A stretch of 64,000 nucleotides of DNA, taken from assembly GCA_000320545.1 (NCBI GenBank), contig ADNK01000140.1, positions 248,001 through 312,000 on the forward strand. Direction: 5' to 3'. This document shows positions 25,757 to 39,273 of this stretch, in pieces. The position numbers and the translations under genes were made by a program. How positions within the stretch are numbered: the stretch's first letter is position 1; the number at the start of each line of letters is the position of its first letter. This DNA is from Bigelowiella natans CCMP2755 (Eukaryota > Protista > Cercozoa). Under the pieces are notes generated by a model, which was given only the letters and a program-made list of their open reading frames with translations, made no database searches and had not been told where the DNA came from.

Positions 25757-27056
25757 ATACTAATACTACTACTACTGCTGCTACCAGCTGTGTTTCCCTG
25801 AGTGTTGTCTGCAGCAAAGAAGTGAGTGGGCGTTGCAAGAACGGTTGCTTCGACCAATGAAGGAGCCTTAAGCTGGGATCGAGCAGCATCACTCCAGCGG
25901 TAGAATCAGGTTCTAGTACAGCGGCCTAATGTAAGGAATAGGAGAAAATGAGAGAAATAGTGAGAGAGAGAGAGAGAGAAGAGAGAGAGAGGGAGGGAGA
26001 GAGAGAGAGCACATGCGAGTAGAGTAACAACATTTATTGATGGTCGGAGTCAGAGGGATCTTCTATAATGCACAAAACCTGAAGGCCTGCGACGCTGCCA
26101 ACACTGTTACAAATGTAGTAGACCTAATCAATAGTACATTAACGGTAGTAGTTGTAGTAGCTATGTATGAGCTGAGTAAAGGTAATCAGAGAGAGAAGTA
26201 ATATTACCTTCCGCCCTTCGCCTACTCCAGCAACCTCCTTGGAAAAGGCGCGTAGTTGCTCGCCCCACGTCTCGAATGTATAGCTAAGCAAAGATTGAAA
26301 AATATCTTGCGGTGATTGATTGCAATGACATTGATCTTTGAGAGGGAGAGGGAGAGAGAGGAGTACGGATTTCAGTGTGAGGTTAGCGAATATAAATTAG
26401 TTTCGAATAGCGTTATACATTTGCTCAGGGCTGGGGTACGCAGCTGGAGGTGTTGGCTTGGCAGAAAAACCGTATCCAAGCAAATCTATCGCGTATGTAT
26501 CAGCGTATTTGCTGACCTGAATTACATCATTATCATTATTAACATCATTTGATCATTTCAGTGGCGACGGTGTTCGTAATGATTCAGATTCTTTGAATTG
26601 AATTTTTGCAATATTTAAAAGAATGAGGATATTGACCTCTGGAATGTTTTTCCTCCAATGGTCTGCATTTCCACCAAATCCATGCACGAGAATCACAACT
26701 GGATCGTCCTTAGAGACCAGGGAGCTGGGTGCTTTCGCTTCCTGGTACCGAATGGAGTGCCCTCGCCAATCCCAGAACTTCCCCTCCATTCCTGGCTGTT
26801 GTAGGGTTTGGGTCGGCTCCAAGAGATCTTTCGAGGATCCCGTTTCGGCCTTTGCACGCCGTACCAAGGATGATGATGATGATGAACCAGTGTTATGGCG
26901 AAGAAGCGTACGCTCCCTTGCCCGCTTGAGAAACCTGGTATTACCACCACGGCGGATCTGTAGTAGTCGAGATGAAGTGGACGCACCGTTTACTTCGCCT
27001 AGAAGGACAGCAAATACCAACGCTGTCGCAGCAGTAGGCATGACATCTCTCATCAT
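24640..27056 (-). CDS. Plastid-targeted alpha/beta hydrolase (pheophytinase-like family)
   Basis: Signal peptide plus R/S-rich transit peptide; WDWRGHSIRYQ, VILVHGFGGNADHWRKNIPE, YAIDLLGYGFS, CNSVG nucleophile, DFISYSGGPLPEEL, WGEEDPWEP and GVGHCPMDEAP. Confidence 0.9.
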
Positions 27057-27332
27057 TGATTAGGGGGAGGAGCACAGCGGAAGTGTATTGTTTGTGGTGC
27101 AGGAGACGTCGACAGCTGTCGGGCAAGCTGGTACATTTATGTCGCACATTGAAAATGGCCTATGTTACTCGATAATATCCTTGTTGCGAATAGATGGTAT
27201 AAAATAAAGGGGTTTTTGCAGCTGCGACATGCTTGTATTGCTTGTCGCAATGAGGAGCATGTCTCAGAGACAGAACCAAAAACAAGGACCGCCGGAGGAG
27301 GAGGAACCTATCCCCGCCCCGTCTGCTTCAGC

Positions 27333-28137
27333 ATGAACGTGATAAGGGAAATTCAGCGCATCAACGAACGGGAGTTGGAAGAAGGAATACAAGAGGAGGG
27401 CTCATGGCACCAAAAGTATAGAGATTCTGCATACGTGTTCGTTGGCGGCTTGGATTACGATCTCACGGAGGGGGATGTGATCACAATCATGTCCCAGTAC
27501 GGGGAAGTCGTCGATTGCAACTTGGTGAGAGACAAAGAAAAGGGAACATCGCGTGGATTTGCTTTTATTGCGTATGAGGATCAGCGCAGCACTATTCTTG
27601 CTGTGGACAACATGAATGGCGCAAAGCTGTTTGACCGGACTCTTCGGTGTGATCACGTCCTCGAATACCGCAGGCCAAAGAAGAAGAAGAAGGAAGGAGA
27701 AAATTTAGACGAGAAGGATCAGGGTGGCGATGAATCCGATGAGACGTACGAGGAACGACGAAAAAGAATATGGGACTATGAAAAGTACAACGCACAGGCT
27801 GTTACGGCTCGTCCTGTGCAGGCTTCAAAAGCTAGAGAGGAAAGCCAGCAAGAACAAAATCGGAAGAGTAAGATCATGGCAATTCTAGAGAGTAAAAAAC
27901 GAATGTGGAAGGCTAGGCGGATGGCTCAAGCAGCTGAAGAGGAATGTGGGGGGGGCAAGAAAATTTGGGGAGGGGAAGACATGCGGCGTCAAAGAGAGCA
28001 AGGACGTAGTAAACGGGAAGAAGGCAGAATGGACAGAGGTAGAGGAAGAGATCGGAATAGAGATAGAGACGAAATTAGAGGAGGAGGAGATCGCCGCGAC
28101 AGGTCGAATAAGAAACATAAGAAAAAAAAAGAGAAGA

Positions 28138-28169
<32 letters not shown>

Positions 28170-28241
28170 CACAGTCGAGGCGACTCTCGGGACCGCTTAG
28201 AATCGAGACGTAAAAGACGAAGACGATCTGACAGCAGATGA
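27333..28241 (+). CDS. RBMX2: RES-complex RRM protein RBMX2/Snu17 (intronless)
   Basis: MNVIREIQRINERELEEG...SWHQKYRDSAYVFVGGL...GFAFIAYEDQRSTILAVDNMNG...LRCDHV with a K/R-rich tail. Confidence 0.95.
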
Positions 28242-29165
28242 TCATTATGATTTTATTTCATAAGACATGCTTATCTATTACCTTTCAAACACAGTGGTGG
28301 TAGAAGTAAACACAAATCTAGAAACATATGTGTGCGCATTCGCTCAATATGGCATTGTATGTCACCCTGCTGTCCCTGCTAGTTTAGCTACGCACTCGTA
28401 TGGCATGTTTGATGAGTGCAACCGAGGTTGAGTGTGCCCACACATACATATGTGAATTGTTAGATTCACTGCTGGGTGGCATGTGTTAAAAGGTATGTTG
28501 CTTGCTATGCGGCGTGGACACATATCATGTGGAGCGCTCAAACTAGATCATGCATGCATGCTAACATTGCCCAAACACATATAGCCCCATCGCATGTTAT
28601 AGTAGCAATAGTCATCATTATGCGTACGTTCGTTGCTGCCACAGCTAGCACAGCACGAGCGACTTGCTAGCTTGCTGGTTTCACCAGTCGATCAGCTTGA
28701 TCAGATTTCGCAGTCATGCGATATTATAGCTAGCTAGATCGGCTCGGCATCATCAGATTTCGTCGCCGCAATTAGATTACGGCGGCACAATCCGATTGTG
28801 CAAGAACACACAACGCTGGCGTGATCAGATTGCAGATTGCGGCGGACAACATTAAATTGGACGTAATCTGATTACCCAACGATGATTGCCGCCATGCGCT
28901 CGTTGCGTCTGACATGCAATGGCGGCACGCAAACACTCCGAGCCTGCCATGAGCCAACACAATGCACTAAATGCAGCGCAGTAGTCTAAGCCTCTCAGAC
29001 TCATTTGTGCGCAGAAGGCCCCAATGTGTGCAACAATATATTTGCCTAAGTACACATAAGATATTATGACTAGCTAGGTGGCATGCACTGATGGCGACTG
29101 CGTGGCTCTGCTTTCGATTCAAGCTGTCATGGGCTGTTTTCACAGACTTATGTAACAGCATGTAT

Positions 29166-31756
29166 TTAGGGCATTAGAAGTTTCTGCAAAGCCGTGTCTT
29201 CAACTAGGTCACTGAGAAGATCCTCGAGTTGGCTGGAAGCTCTTTGCGGGGGTTGTTGCTGTTGTGCACCGGTCGCTTGTGCACGCATGTCGGGCGCTCG
29301 TCCTGGGAAATGGTCATTGACGCGTTGGGTTGGAGGAAATCTGTTATGTCCAGTAGAGTGTGTACGCATGTTTGCTGGCCGTTGAAGAAATTTGTTATGG
29401 CGATTGTGGGGTGGTTTTGGTGGGGGGGCATACCGCATAGGTGGTTGTTGTCCATGTATATGTGGCGGTCGTCCACCATGAAAGTTGTGATGTGTACGCT
29501 GCGAGCCAGGAAACCTCCCACGAATCGGGGGTCGTTTTGGGGCCATGCTCGATGGAGTATTCGGTATGCGTCTGCTACCACGGAAATTTTGAGATGCGAG
29601 TTGCGAAGATGAGGGAGCAAACGGGGAATGCTGTTGTTGGGCTACACCTGGCGTGTTCGGTGGCCGCCGCCTCCTCACATTGTTGTTATTATTATGAGCA
29701 GCATTTTCAGGAAGGACGCTGCGCCCACTACCAAACCCATCAACTTTGGTATTTTCACCACCTACAATTTTGATCAGAATTTTTGACCGCTTTCTCTTCC
29801 TTCTTCCCCCCGCATCAATTTTCTGCGAGGATGAAAATCGATTACTGGGTGGTGGTGTTGCTGCTGTGATAGCTGTTTCAGAATGAAGGTTGGCAGTACT
29901 AGAGGAGGTTGCAGTGCCAGCAGTACTTAAGGTAGTAGTATCAGTAATACTAGCGTTGGTACCACCAATTCCACCTGCTGCTGATGAACTTAGGGGGTTA
30001 GTAGGATCAACCTTGCGTTGAAATAAAGGAGGAGGAGGAAGAGGAGGAGGGCCTGATGAATATCGCTTTGTGAATAACCCGTCGTCGCTTTCGTTATGGT
30101 TGGTAGCACTAGCACCTCTAACCCTCGAGGTAGCATCAGCACTGCTGCGTGCATATCGACTCGTGAGGTCGTCATCGCTACCATTGTCTTTGGCAGCAGC
30201 AGAGGTAACAGCTACTTCTGTATCACTACGACGCGCATATCGACTCGATAAGGCGTCATCATCGCTACCGTCGTCGTTGGCAGCCTTGGCATCAGTACCT
30301 CTTTTAGTACCAGAACTGCGGCGTGCATATCGGCTTGTTAGGTCGTCATCATCGCTACCATCGTCTTTGGAGGCAGCAGCTGCAGCACCAGCTCTAGAAG
30401 TAGCATCAACACTGCGGCGTGTATATCGGCTTGTTAGATCATCATCACTATCAGTTTTGTTGGAAGTAGTAGCAGTGGCAGTAGCACCACTGCGGCCTGC
30501 ATATCGATCCATAAGGGCACCATCGCTACCGTCGTTGTCATCATCATCATCACCACCATCGTCGTCTTTAGCAGCACTTTCTCCCACGCTGGCACTGCTG
30601 CCATTGGCAGCATACCGACTCGCGAGGGCGTCATCGCTGTCATCGTCGATTGTGCTAGCTTTTGCACCAGGATTACCTGTACTGCGGCTTGTATATCGGC
30701 TCGTGAAGACGTCATCGCTACTATCATCATTGGCAGCATTAGCATCAGGACCTTTTCTTTTAGTAGCAGCACCACTGCGTGCATATCGACTCGTGAGGTC
30801 GTCATCGCTACCATTGTCTTTGGCAGCAGCAGAGGTAACAGCTACTTCTGTATCACTACGACGCGCATATCGACTCGATAAGGCGTCATCATCGCTACCG
30901 TCGTCGTTGGCAGCCTTGGCATCAGTACCTCTTTTAGCACCAGAACTGCTGCGTGCATATCGGCTTGTTAGGTCGTCATCATCGCTACCATCGTCTTTGG
31001 AGGCAGCAGCTGCAGCACCAGCTCTAGAAGTAGCATCAACACTGCGGCGTGTATATCGGCTTGTTAGATCATCATCGCCTCCATTGTCGTTGGCAGCACC
31101 AGCTTCTGTACCACGACTAGCATTAGCACTGTGGCCTGAATATCGACTTGTGAGATCGTCATCGGTATCATTGTTGTTTGCGGCCGGTGCTCCTCCTCTA
31201 GTAGCATCAACTCTATTGTTGCGAGGACGCTTAAAGCTGCCATCCTCATCGTTTGCAGTTTTGCGGTCAGAATAGCGACGACTAATGACGGCGTCGTCGT
31301 CGATATCGCCACTGTTTGCATTGACAGCATGATCATCAACAGCAGCTCCTACCACATTGGCAGCAGCCCCAGTACTACTACTACTACCACCGGTACCACG
31401 ACGACTTGGGAGAAGATATCGGTTAAACAACTCATCATCGTCACTGCCGTCGCCGACGATATCCCCCCCCATAGTTCCTCCTTTCTTCCATCTCCTCGAC
31501 TGATTAGCTTGGTTGTCTTCGTAGTTGCTTCTTCCGTTGGTCATAGTCGTTTTCTGGGCGAGATTCCTTCCTCCTCCTCCTCCTCCTCCTCCTCCTCCTC
31601 CTCCTCCTCTAACGAGGTCCCACTGAGCATCAGAGTGGGGTCTGCTGCTGCGGTTGGTGGTGCTACCCCTTTGATGGGATTGGTTGAGACCAGGCAAGTT
31701 ATTATTTTGCTGGTGGTTTTGATGGCGGTAGGAGGAAGGAGGATGGGGAGGGTAGC

Positions 31757-31792
<36 letters not shown>

Positions 31793-32345
31793 ATTGATGA
31801 CGATGATTATCTTGCCGCAGGTGACGATCCTGACGGCGGTATTGTTCATTATTCCATTGGTCTTGGCCCTGCTTGTGATAATTCTGACGTTGTTGATGAT
31901 GCTGATATCGACGGTCTTGCTGCTGCTGGATTTCATGTGAAAATGGGCACGAGTCCCCGTACTTACAGATCCCATTTCTGAAGAAAACACACCTCACCGT
32001 CTGCTTGATGCTTGGTTCCACCGACAATGACGATGGCGCTGGCAACGACGACGACGAGGAGGAGGGGATGGGTATATCGCTGCTTCGCCTACGGATAAGC
32101 TCCCGCAGCTTTCTTCTCTTCATCCTCTTCTTCATCTTCTTACGTCTTTTTCTAGTGTCCCTATCTGCCTCCCAATCTGCCAGCCCCTTCTGCCAAGCAG
32201 CAGCAGAAGTAGAAGCCTCCTCAACTCCTTCCTTAGTCTTCATCACTAGCATATTGTCCTCTTGCATCATGATTTTCCGTCTCTATACAAATAAATATCA
32301 ATATAAATAATTATATATAATTATATATAATTATATAATTATATA

Positions 32346-32379
<34 letters not shown>

Positions 32380-32690
32380 GTGAGATATATATATCTATAT
32401 ATATATATATATATATATCTGTGATATGTGTTGAACAATGCTATATTGATATATCTAGAAATGAGTACGAGACCGGCACACGGCGCCTTTTTTTCTTTTT
32501 CTTCTTGATCTTCTTCTTCATCATCAGTATCTCCATCTCTGCACTTTCAGCAGTTGCCGTCATACTTGTCGTAGTCGCCTCCTTATTCATCTTCTTCTTT
32601 TCCCTTCTATCACCACCACCATCACCCTCCCTCTCCTCACCCTCCGTATCGTCATCATCATCCACAATGGCGGTTGCGGCAGCAGCAGCG

Positions 32691-32722
<32 letters not shown>

Positions 32723-33576
32723 TCGTCCCTCCCTCTTCTTGCTTCTTCCGGCTGCTGCTGCACTTAACCACTGCTCCTCCTCCTCATCATCAAAGAAGTC
32801 CTTATTTCTTTGCTTGTTCATCATCTGGTTTTGCCGGGGGGGCTTCTCCTCTCGACCCGTTACGTTCGTCGTCGTCGTTGCGCTCATACGGTTGAATTCT
32901 TTCCATATATGGCAGCTTAATTTGTGGTTTTTGATTGAGGGATAAGATCTTCTATGATAAATCTGCCCACAACCGCATATCCACCTATTTGCAGGGGAGG
33001 ACACTATTCTCGTATTGTTTCTGGGTCGTCGTCGTCGTCGTCGATTTCCCTGTGATGCTGCAAGTGGAACTGGGTTGCTGCTACTGCTACGCTGACCTTC
33101 CTTCCACATATGGCAGCTTAATTTGTGGTTTTTGATTGAGGGATATGATCTTCTATGATATGTCTTCCCACAACCGCATATCCACCTATTCTCCTTGGGA
33201 GGAAAAACCTTTGATCCACTTGTTATTAGTCTGTCCTTCGATACTACTGATCTCCTTGCCCTTGAGGAGGAGGGTGACGAAGATGATGAGCTACTACCTC
33301 TATAAATGGAGTCGTCGTCTCCTGTCTCGTCGCTGCTCTCCTCCCCCATCTCTTCTGGATGTTTCATTTATCAAATTATCAGAGAAGAGGATGGACGAGA
33401 TATAACATACTCCGAAAATGACCTACAGTTTCTCACCACAGTAGTAGTAGTGTGTGCGTCCCCCCCCCCTCTCTTCTTCTTTTTAATATTGTTCTTCGTC
33501 TCGTTATCATGTCTATAACACCCTTATTCTTCAACTTTCTAATCTTTCTTCTCGCACTGTATGAATCTGTCGTTTA

Positions 33577-33612
<36 letters not shown>

Positions 33613-34997
33613 CACTATTACGTATGAATGCTGTTTCGTCATAATATTCGGAGTGACTGCTCTCGCCGGAGGATGATGAATCCTAGGTGCGAACAAAGGA
33701 TCATACCCAACAAATACAAACAACAAATAACAACACAAGTATTTCTCTCTGAGCCTTCACAACATACATGTATAAGATTCAAATGCTGATGCTTTGTGTA
33801 CCGTGATGTATTGGCTTTCTCCAGAGCTCTCCTCCTCTTCGCTACTCTCTTCATATTCCAAAAAACTTCTGGTGTCCTGTAACAACGCAGCATGAAATTC
33901 AATTTGCTGTAAAATCATTGGTTCGAAACCCGGTGAGTGCCATTCTCGAAATCAATAAAATGAATCAATGGCTCTCTAGTTGGCTCTGTGACGGGCATGC
34001 ATATTCTCGGATATCTCACCAGTACCTCTGCTCCTTCGTGCGAATTTTGCACGGTAGCTCTACATACTTGCTCCACCTGTTGTTCAAACATAATTAATCA
34101 TTGACACCATACCTATAGAACTAAGACTGAAAATGGTATCATTATTACAAATGTGTAAAAAATGTTCGCACATCTCTCCTCGGCTATCATGGACACTTAA
34201 TCAGACAATCTTACCATTCACACATAATACACTACGTAAGAGTATGATCTCGCATAACAGTTACCTCAGACGGGACATCAATGCGCGATGTGAATGATGG
34301 AGACTCAAAGGCCGTGATCTGATGATATTATTGGAGCTTATTGTACATGGATAAGTCTGTACGGTGCGAGGATGAGAGGATAAGAGGAAAGTTATTAATC
34401 ACATCAAATTGGCTAATCTGCTCAGTCTCTGCCTTCTTCCAGTCAAGAAATGTTAGCATATCACAATCACTACACCTGCAACGACAAAGAGACGTCATTA
34501 AGACTACGGTGGTGTCAGGTCAAATAGTGAAACCTACAATGTTCTTTCACTTTTTGGTGCAGAAAGAGGGTACTGTCTCTTCGGAAGGCAGCTTAGATGA
34601 AAAAGCTCCGAGCATATCTCACAAGACAAGAGAGGGCCCGTCTGTGACCTCATTTGCCTACACACCTGTGGATCAAAGTATGTATTTTTAATACACCTGG
34701 AGAAAGGAGGAGGGGGGGTGGACTTACATAGCAGCTTCGAACAAATACGATATTGGTTGGCTCTGGACTGTCCAACGAGTCTAGCTCCTCGATTTTCAGG
34801 CTGGTCCGGAACTCGGAAGAATACCCATGCTGCTTCTGCGAGGAGGGAGGGAGAAAACAACAGCCTCTTTACAAAAACCTTTCTTGCCGTTCAGTTTCTC
34901 TTTTCCCCCTTTTCTCTCCATCTTCTCTTTTATCCCTCTCCCAAAATTGTGTGACCTTTGAAGCCTTGCTGTTGCGGCCTCTGCCTTTGGGCGGCAT
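29166..34997 (-). CDS. Large low-complexity protein with PHD finger, two C2HC-like repeats, a CCCH finger and DDDLxSRY repeats
   Basis: Start MPPKGRGRNSKASK at 34997; PHD CY|VCRQ...CEICSELFHLSC...CSDC; phase-consistent links to the 32441-33367 ORF (2x WICGCG..YHRRSYPSIKNHKLSCH) and the 1034-aa terminal ORF (CVFFRNGICKYGDSCPFSH). Joining these into one gene is inferred. Confidence 0.65.
30145..31076. repeat. ~300 bp near-identical intragenic direct repeat (30145-30446 and 30775-31076)
   Basis: Copies are offset by 630 bp; only a couple of mismatches seen (agtac/agcac, ctgcg/ctgct). Confidence 0.9.
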
Positions 34998-36111
34998 GGG
35001 GTTCCTGTTCACCACCTCGGAATCAGCTACTCATGATGGACGACGTTTGCCTGCTACCCGTCGAGATTTTTGACGAGGATTTTAGGGTATTTAGGGGGAA
35101 TTAGTCATGTCGCAGGCAGAAAATGGGATACCATGAAGGCCATTCACGAACTGCTTTCTTGTTCCACCGGGATCAAAAGGCGTTTGCCCAACCTCGTGTG
35201 TTGGAGTCCCCGTGGGCCGACCTGTGTGATGTGCGCACTCGATGCGCTCCCCTTGTCGACCTCATTGAGGTGCATCTAGCTTGTTAGCAGTGCTTGCAGC
35301 ACACCTTGTTGGAATGTCGAATGAACACGAACCTTGAACGTTGAGTCTTGTTCCGTGATCCGATCCCAAACCTGTCAATTTCGCATTGTGTCGACGAGGC
35401 AGTCGTGACTGTCGTGACCAACAAGTGTCACGTGCTCCACAAGCGTGCTGAATGAATGAACAGTGTGATTCTAACGTCGCAGCTAGAAGAAGAAGTGAAT
35501 GAACGAATGAACGAATGAATGAAGAGACCCAGAGATCTGGAGCGATTGCTAGGTTGCCCAAACGATGGGGCGCCGCGTCTCGACCAAATCGATCAATGAT
35601 CGATTCGGAGTTCATCTAGCTTGATTCACCGTTTTCACTTTGAAAAAAGGGGAAATCACTTCGTGCGCACTGTTGACAAGCTCATTGCAGAGTGATCTGA
35701 TCAATGATGCCGCCGGCCTGCGCGCGCGCCATGCCACGCTAGCACGACAGCCAGATCGCATTGTTGCATGGAGTTGTTGCATTCTAGCATTGCTGCATGC
35801 GTCAACTCCAGAACTGCGGTGCACGCACTACATCCATCATCATGTCTAATCATGTGTGCCACGTGTCTAGATGTCTATAGGTAGGTACGTGCCATAGCGT
35901 GTGCACTCACAACGTGCTGTGTGTGTGCACGCATGCGCGCGCTGCTGCCACGATCTAGCGATGCCTCACAGCACTAGAGCAGGAGTACGTTCCGATTGTC
36001 ATTGTGTTTGCTGCAAGTATAACACAGCGGTGCGCTAGCTCACATGAGAGCTAAAGTGCAAATCTTGACATCTGTCGGAATGGGTTCACATGTGAACACT
36101 CACACACACAC

Positions 36112-36151
<40 letters not shown>

Positions 36152-36240
36152 ACAGAAAGTGAGATGGGAATGTGTGTGTGTGTGTGTGTAATGATTAGTA
36201 CTTCGTAAATAATGAGACATGCACTCACGTAAGGGAGAGA

Positions 36241-36284
<44 letters not shown>

Positions 36285-36564
36285 TAGAGAGAGGGAGAAA
36301 ATCAGGTGAAAAGAGTAGACATGCGAGACTACAGAGAAATATTATTTTTCTATCTTGAAAGAATTTGCACTTCAATCTCCTGCCTATAGAAATTTCATTC
36401 TCCATTGTGAATCTCACGTGAAATTTTGAAACAAGTTCAGTTAACTGTGTAACATGTTGAAAACATTTTCATGTTGAAGTATTTAAATTTTACAATCTTG
36501 AACACTGACATCTGTAATCCACTTCATTAAAAAGCTGTGGACTCGATGGGATTCTGAAGCTATG

Positions 36565-37913
36565 TCATGAAGGGTCTTCTTTATTACTACATTTCACTGC
36601 ATCCTGTGTGCACGCTGTATTCTTTGTACAGGTGCTGGTACTAGTAGTGGTGACAATTTCGTTCGTGCTTCTATGGATGTTGCCAAATGGGAATGGCTCA
36701 AATGGTCTTGTACTTGTTTGGGAAAGATAAAACCCGTTTGTCCGAGTTAAGTTTGGACGGAATTGCGGAAGGGTTGGCGGGAACACCTCTTCATCATCAG
36801 ACTGTTCGCTAGTCACTATCGTATTTGACTTATGCTGGGAACTATTATTACTCGTAGACGTCTCATCTTTAATGTTACTTCCCTCCAGTGCCTCCGTTGC
36901 GGAACGTTTCATCCCTCTCACGGGGCTATTCTGGGGGGGGATGGTCTGTGAATGAACCTTCTTTGTCGTGGATGGCGTCTTTCGAACTATGAAGGGTCCA
37001 AGGTTGACTGATCTTTCACGTTGCGACGAGAAAGATGTGTTGTCGCACCCTTGCCTTATCATGCAATCTATCTCGGGCGGCTCCGGTGAAAGCAGGAGCG
37101 ACGAAACGGTATGTGCATTCATAGCTTCTTGCTGCGCAGACCGCACGAAAAACAGACCGTGCGACACAATTTTTAACATTATTTTAAGGGAAAAAGGGAG
37201 TTTTGCACAGCGGAATCGAAGGAAATACGGAACCCTAAGGGCTTTCTCAGCATGCGACAACGATCGGTGGTGAGAAAAAGGAGAAGAAACCATTTCTGTG
37301 GTATACAGCCAGGCTTAGATCGATCGACGGTGACAATTCCCATCCTTAAAGCCGAAAGGGAAGAAGCCCGTGCTCGACTGGAATCGCAAAGATGGGGGGA
37401 CTCGTCAGCCGGTCCCCAATCCAAGGTGGGTAGTCGTCATTGAGGGCTGGCATGGGATGGGAACGACCGATATAGAAGGAGTTTTCTTTCACCGTCAGAT
37501 GAGAAATTGTTCCTAATTGGACTTGCATGTACCTTCAGAATTCGAAAATGTGATGGACGAATTCGACGAGGTGGGTGATCATTCGTCAATGGCTGTCCTG
37601 CTGCCCCATAAAACATGACGCCTCTCTTCAACGATAAACGGCCACAAGATTCACGTTTTTTGGTGCAAATGGTCAGATTCTGGATCGCTGCAACCCAGAG
37701 ACGGTGGCCTACACACGGTGCATAAATAGCCACAAGGTACACCGCCTTTTTCCTCGAATCGGGAATTTCAAGGGAAAACTCCATTTGCTTTGCAGAAGAA
37801 CTGTTCGGGGTGACTGGTTTGTTTTCAGGTTGGTGATGTTGCTGGAATCTTCCAGCCTGGAATACGCCCGGGGAAACTACCGAGCGACATAGCTGACGGT
37901 ACATGTGGCTCAC
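36565..37913 (-). CDS. Hypothetical protein, at least 2 coding segments; 5' end uncertain
   Basis: Long microsatellite-free ORFs at 37437-37913 and 36565-37293 with a disordered S/T-rich tail. Splicing not resolved. Confidence 0.45.
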
Positions 37914-38862
37914 AAGCGGTACTCATTATTTCAAGGCTTCTTTGATATCTCAGCACTGTTTTAGTTACCAACTTTCCACAGGGAGATCTTGCTGGATGTT
38001 TCGCTCGTAGAGAATCGAGGTATTAGATAAAATCAGCTCGATAACAAAACAAAAATGCCAGGAAGAAATTGCGCACACGAAAACATTGAGGCTTTGACAC
38101 TTCTCCCCTTCCCTCTTTACTTTTAGGTATTCCCTGGTTCGTAAGCACTGTGGCAACCTTAACCAAGCATATGAAGTGTGCATGATGGAAAACGCCAGGG
38201 TGAGTTGTCTCATCCACCCCTCCCCGTATTCCCACACATAGTGTATGATGAGATGTGTGACATTTTTATTCTTTCAATAGCAATCACAGAATTGCTTGCC
38301 ACAAGTGAAGACGCTGCTCCAATGCACCAAAAACGCAATTCGCAAGCATTTGCCGAGTCTCGAGAGGACTCAAGGGTAGGAGCAACTCATCAGCACATGC
38401 TCATAAAATAAGCAATTATGTCGTTGGAGAAGCTTTTAATGTAGCTTTTGCCTAGTCCTAGTGTACCCCATTGTATTAGCATCCCAGGTCCGCCACAGGT
38501 ATTCCTGTCAGCACACATTCTTGATGATTATCTTGGTGTGGGCAATCGACCCATCATAGCATGCAATACGAATTTACTTTCTGCAAGCATAGTCACATGT
38601 ATCATGTGAATGCGTACCACGCGCAGCAATATCGCTGTGGCGCTATACTTACGCAATGTACATGTGACCGATTTTTGAACTAAAATAATAAATAGTGATG
38701 AGACAGCGGTCGCTGATTTATTACGGATGAGGCCCTAGTGTACCTAGCTTCGTAGCGTATAATTACATCAGCTTGTCACTGACTATTGCTTTATTCGGAC
38801 AGCATGCCCCTGCGTTGTCGTATGCATTGTAGCAGTAAAAGCCTAGGCACTAAAATTGCGCT

Positions 38863-38896
<34 letters not shown>

Positions 38897-38929
38897 TGTT
38901 GTAGAAACGAATATATAACAAGCGCAAGA

Positions 38930-39229
38930 CTAAGCGCCGCAGCCGCTGCTCTATCTGTACGTGTAGCTACATTAGGATGTGACTAAAGAAAAAATGTAAT
39001 CATTTCATTACATCCGTCTTATAGCTACATATTTGCTGTGTATTTGCATATATGCATGTGCATAATGAGCTTGATGACCTCAATTTAAATGTGTTAGTCG
39101 TAAATATGTCTAAATATATACATATATACATATGTGTACATACATACATAAGCGCTATAAGCCGCAGCGTTGCATGGCTACATTAGGATGACAATTGAAA
39201 AATTTAACATATGCATTACATCTGTCTCA

Positions 39230-39273
<44 letters not shown>

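Noticed and set aside
30145-31100. Regularly spaced repeats as a CRISPR-like array
   Set aside because: The repeats are in-frame coding units in a eukaryotic gene, the spacers are themselves duplicated, and there are no cas genes.
30070-31275. 401-aa plus-strand ORF (and 31329-31940)
   Set aside because: Antisense shadow of the repetitive minus-strand CDS; the L/S/A-rich translation simply mirrors its codons.
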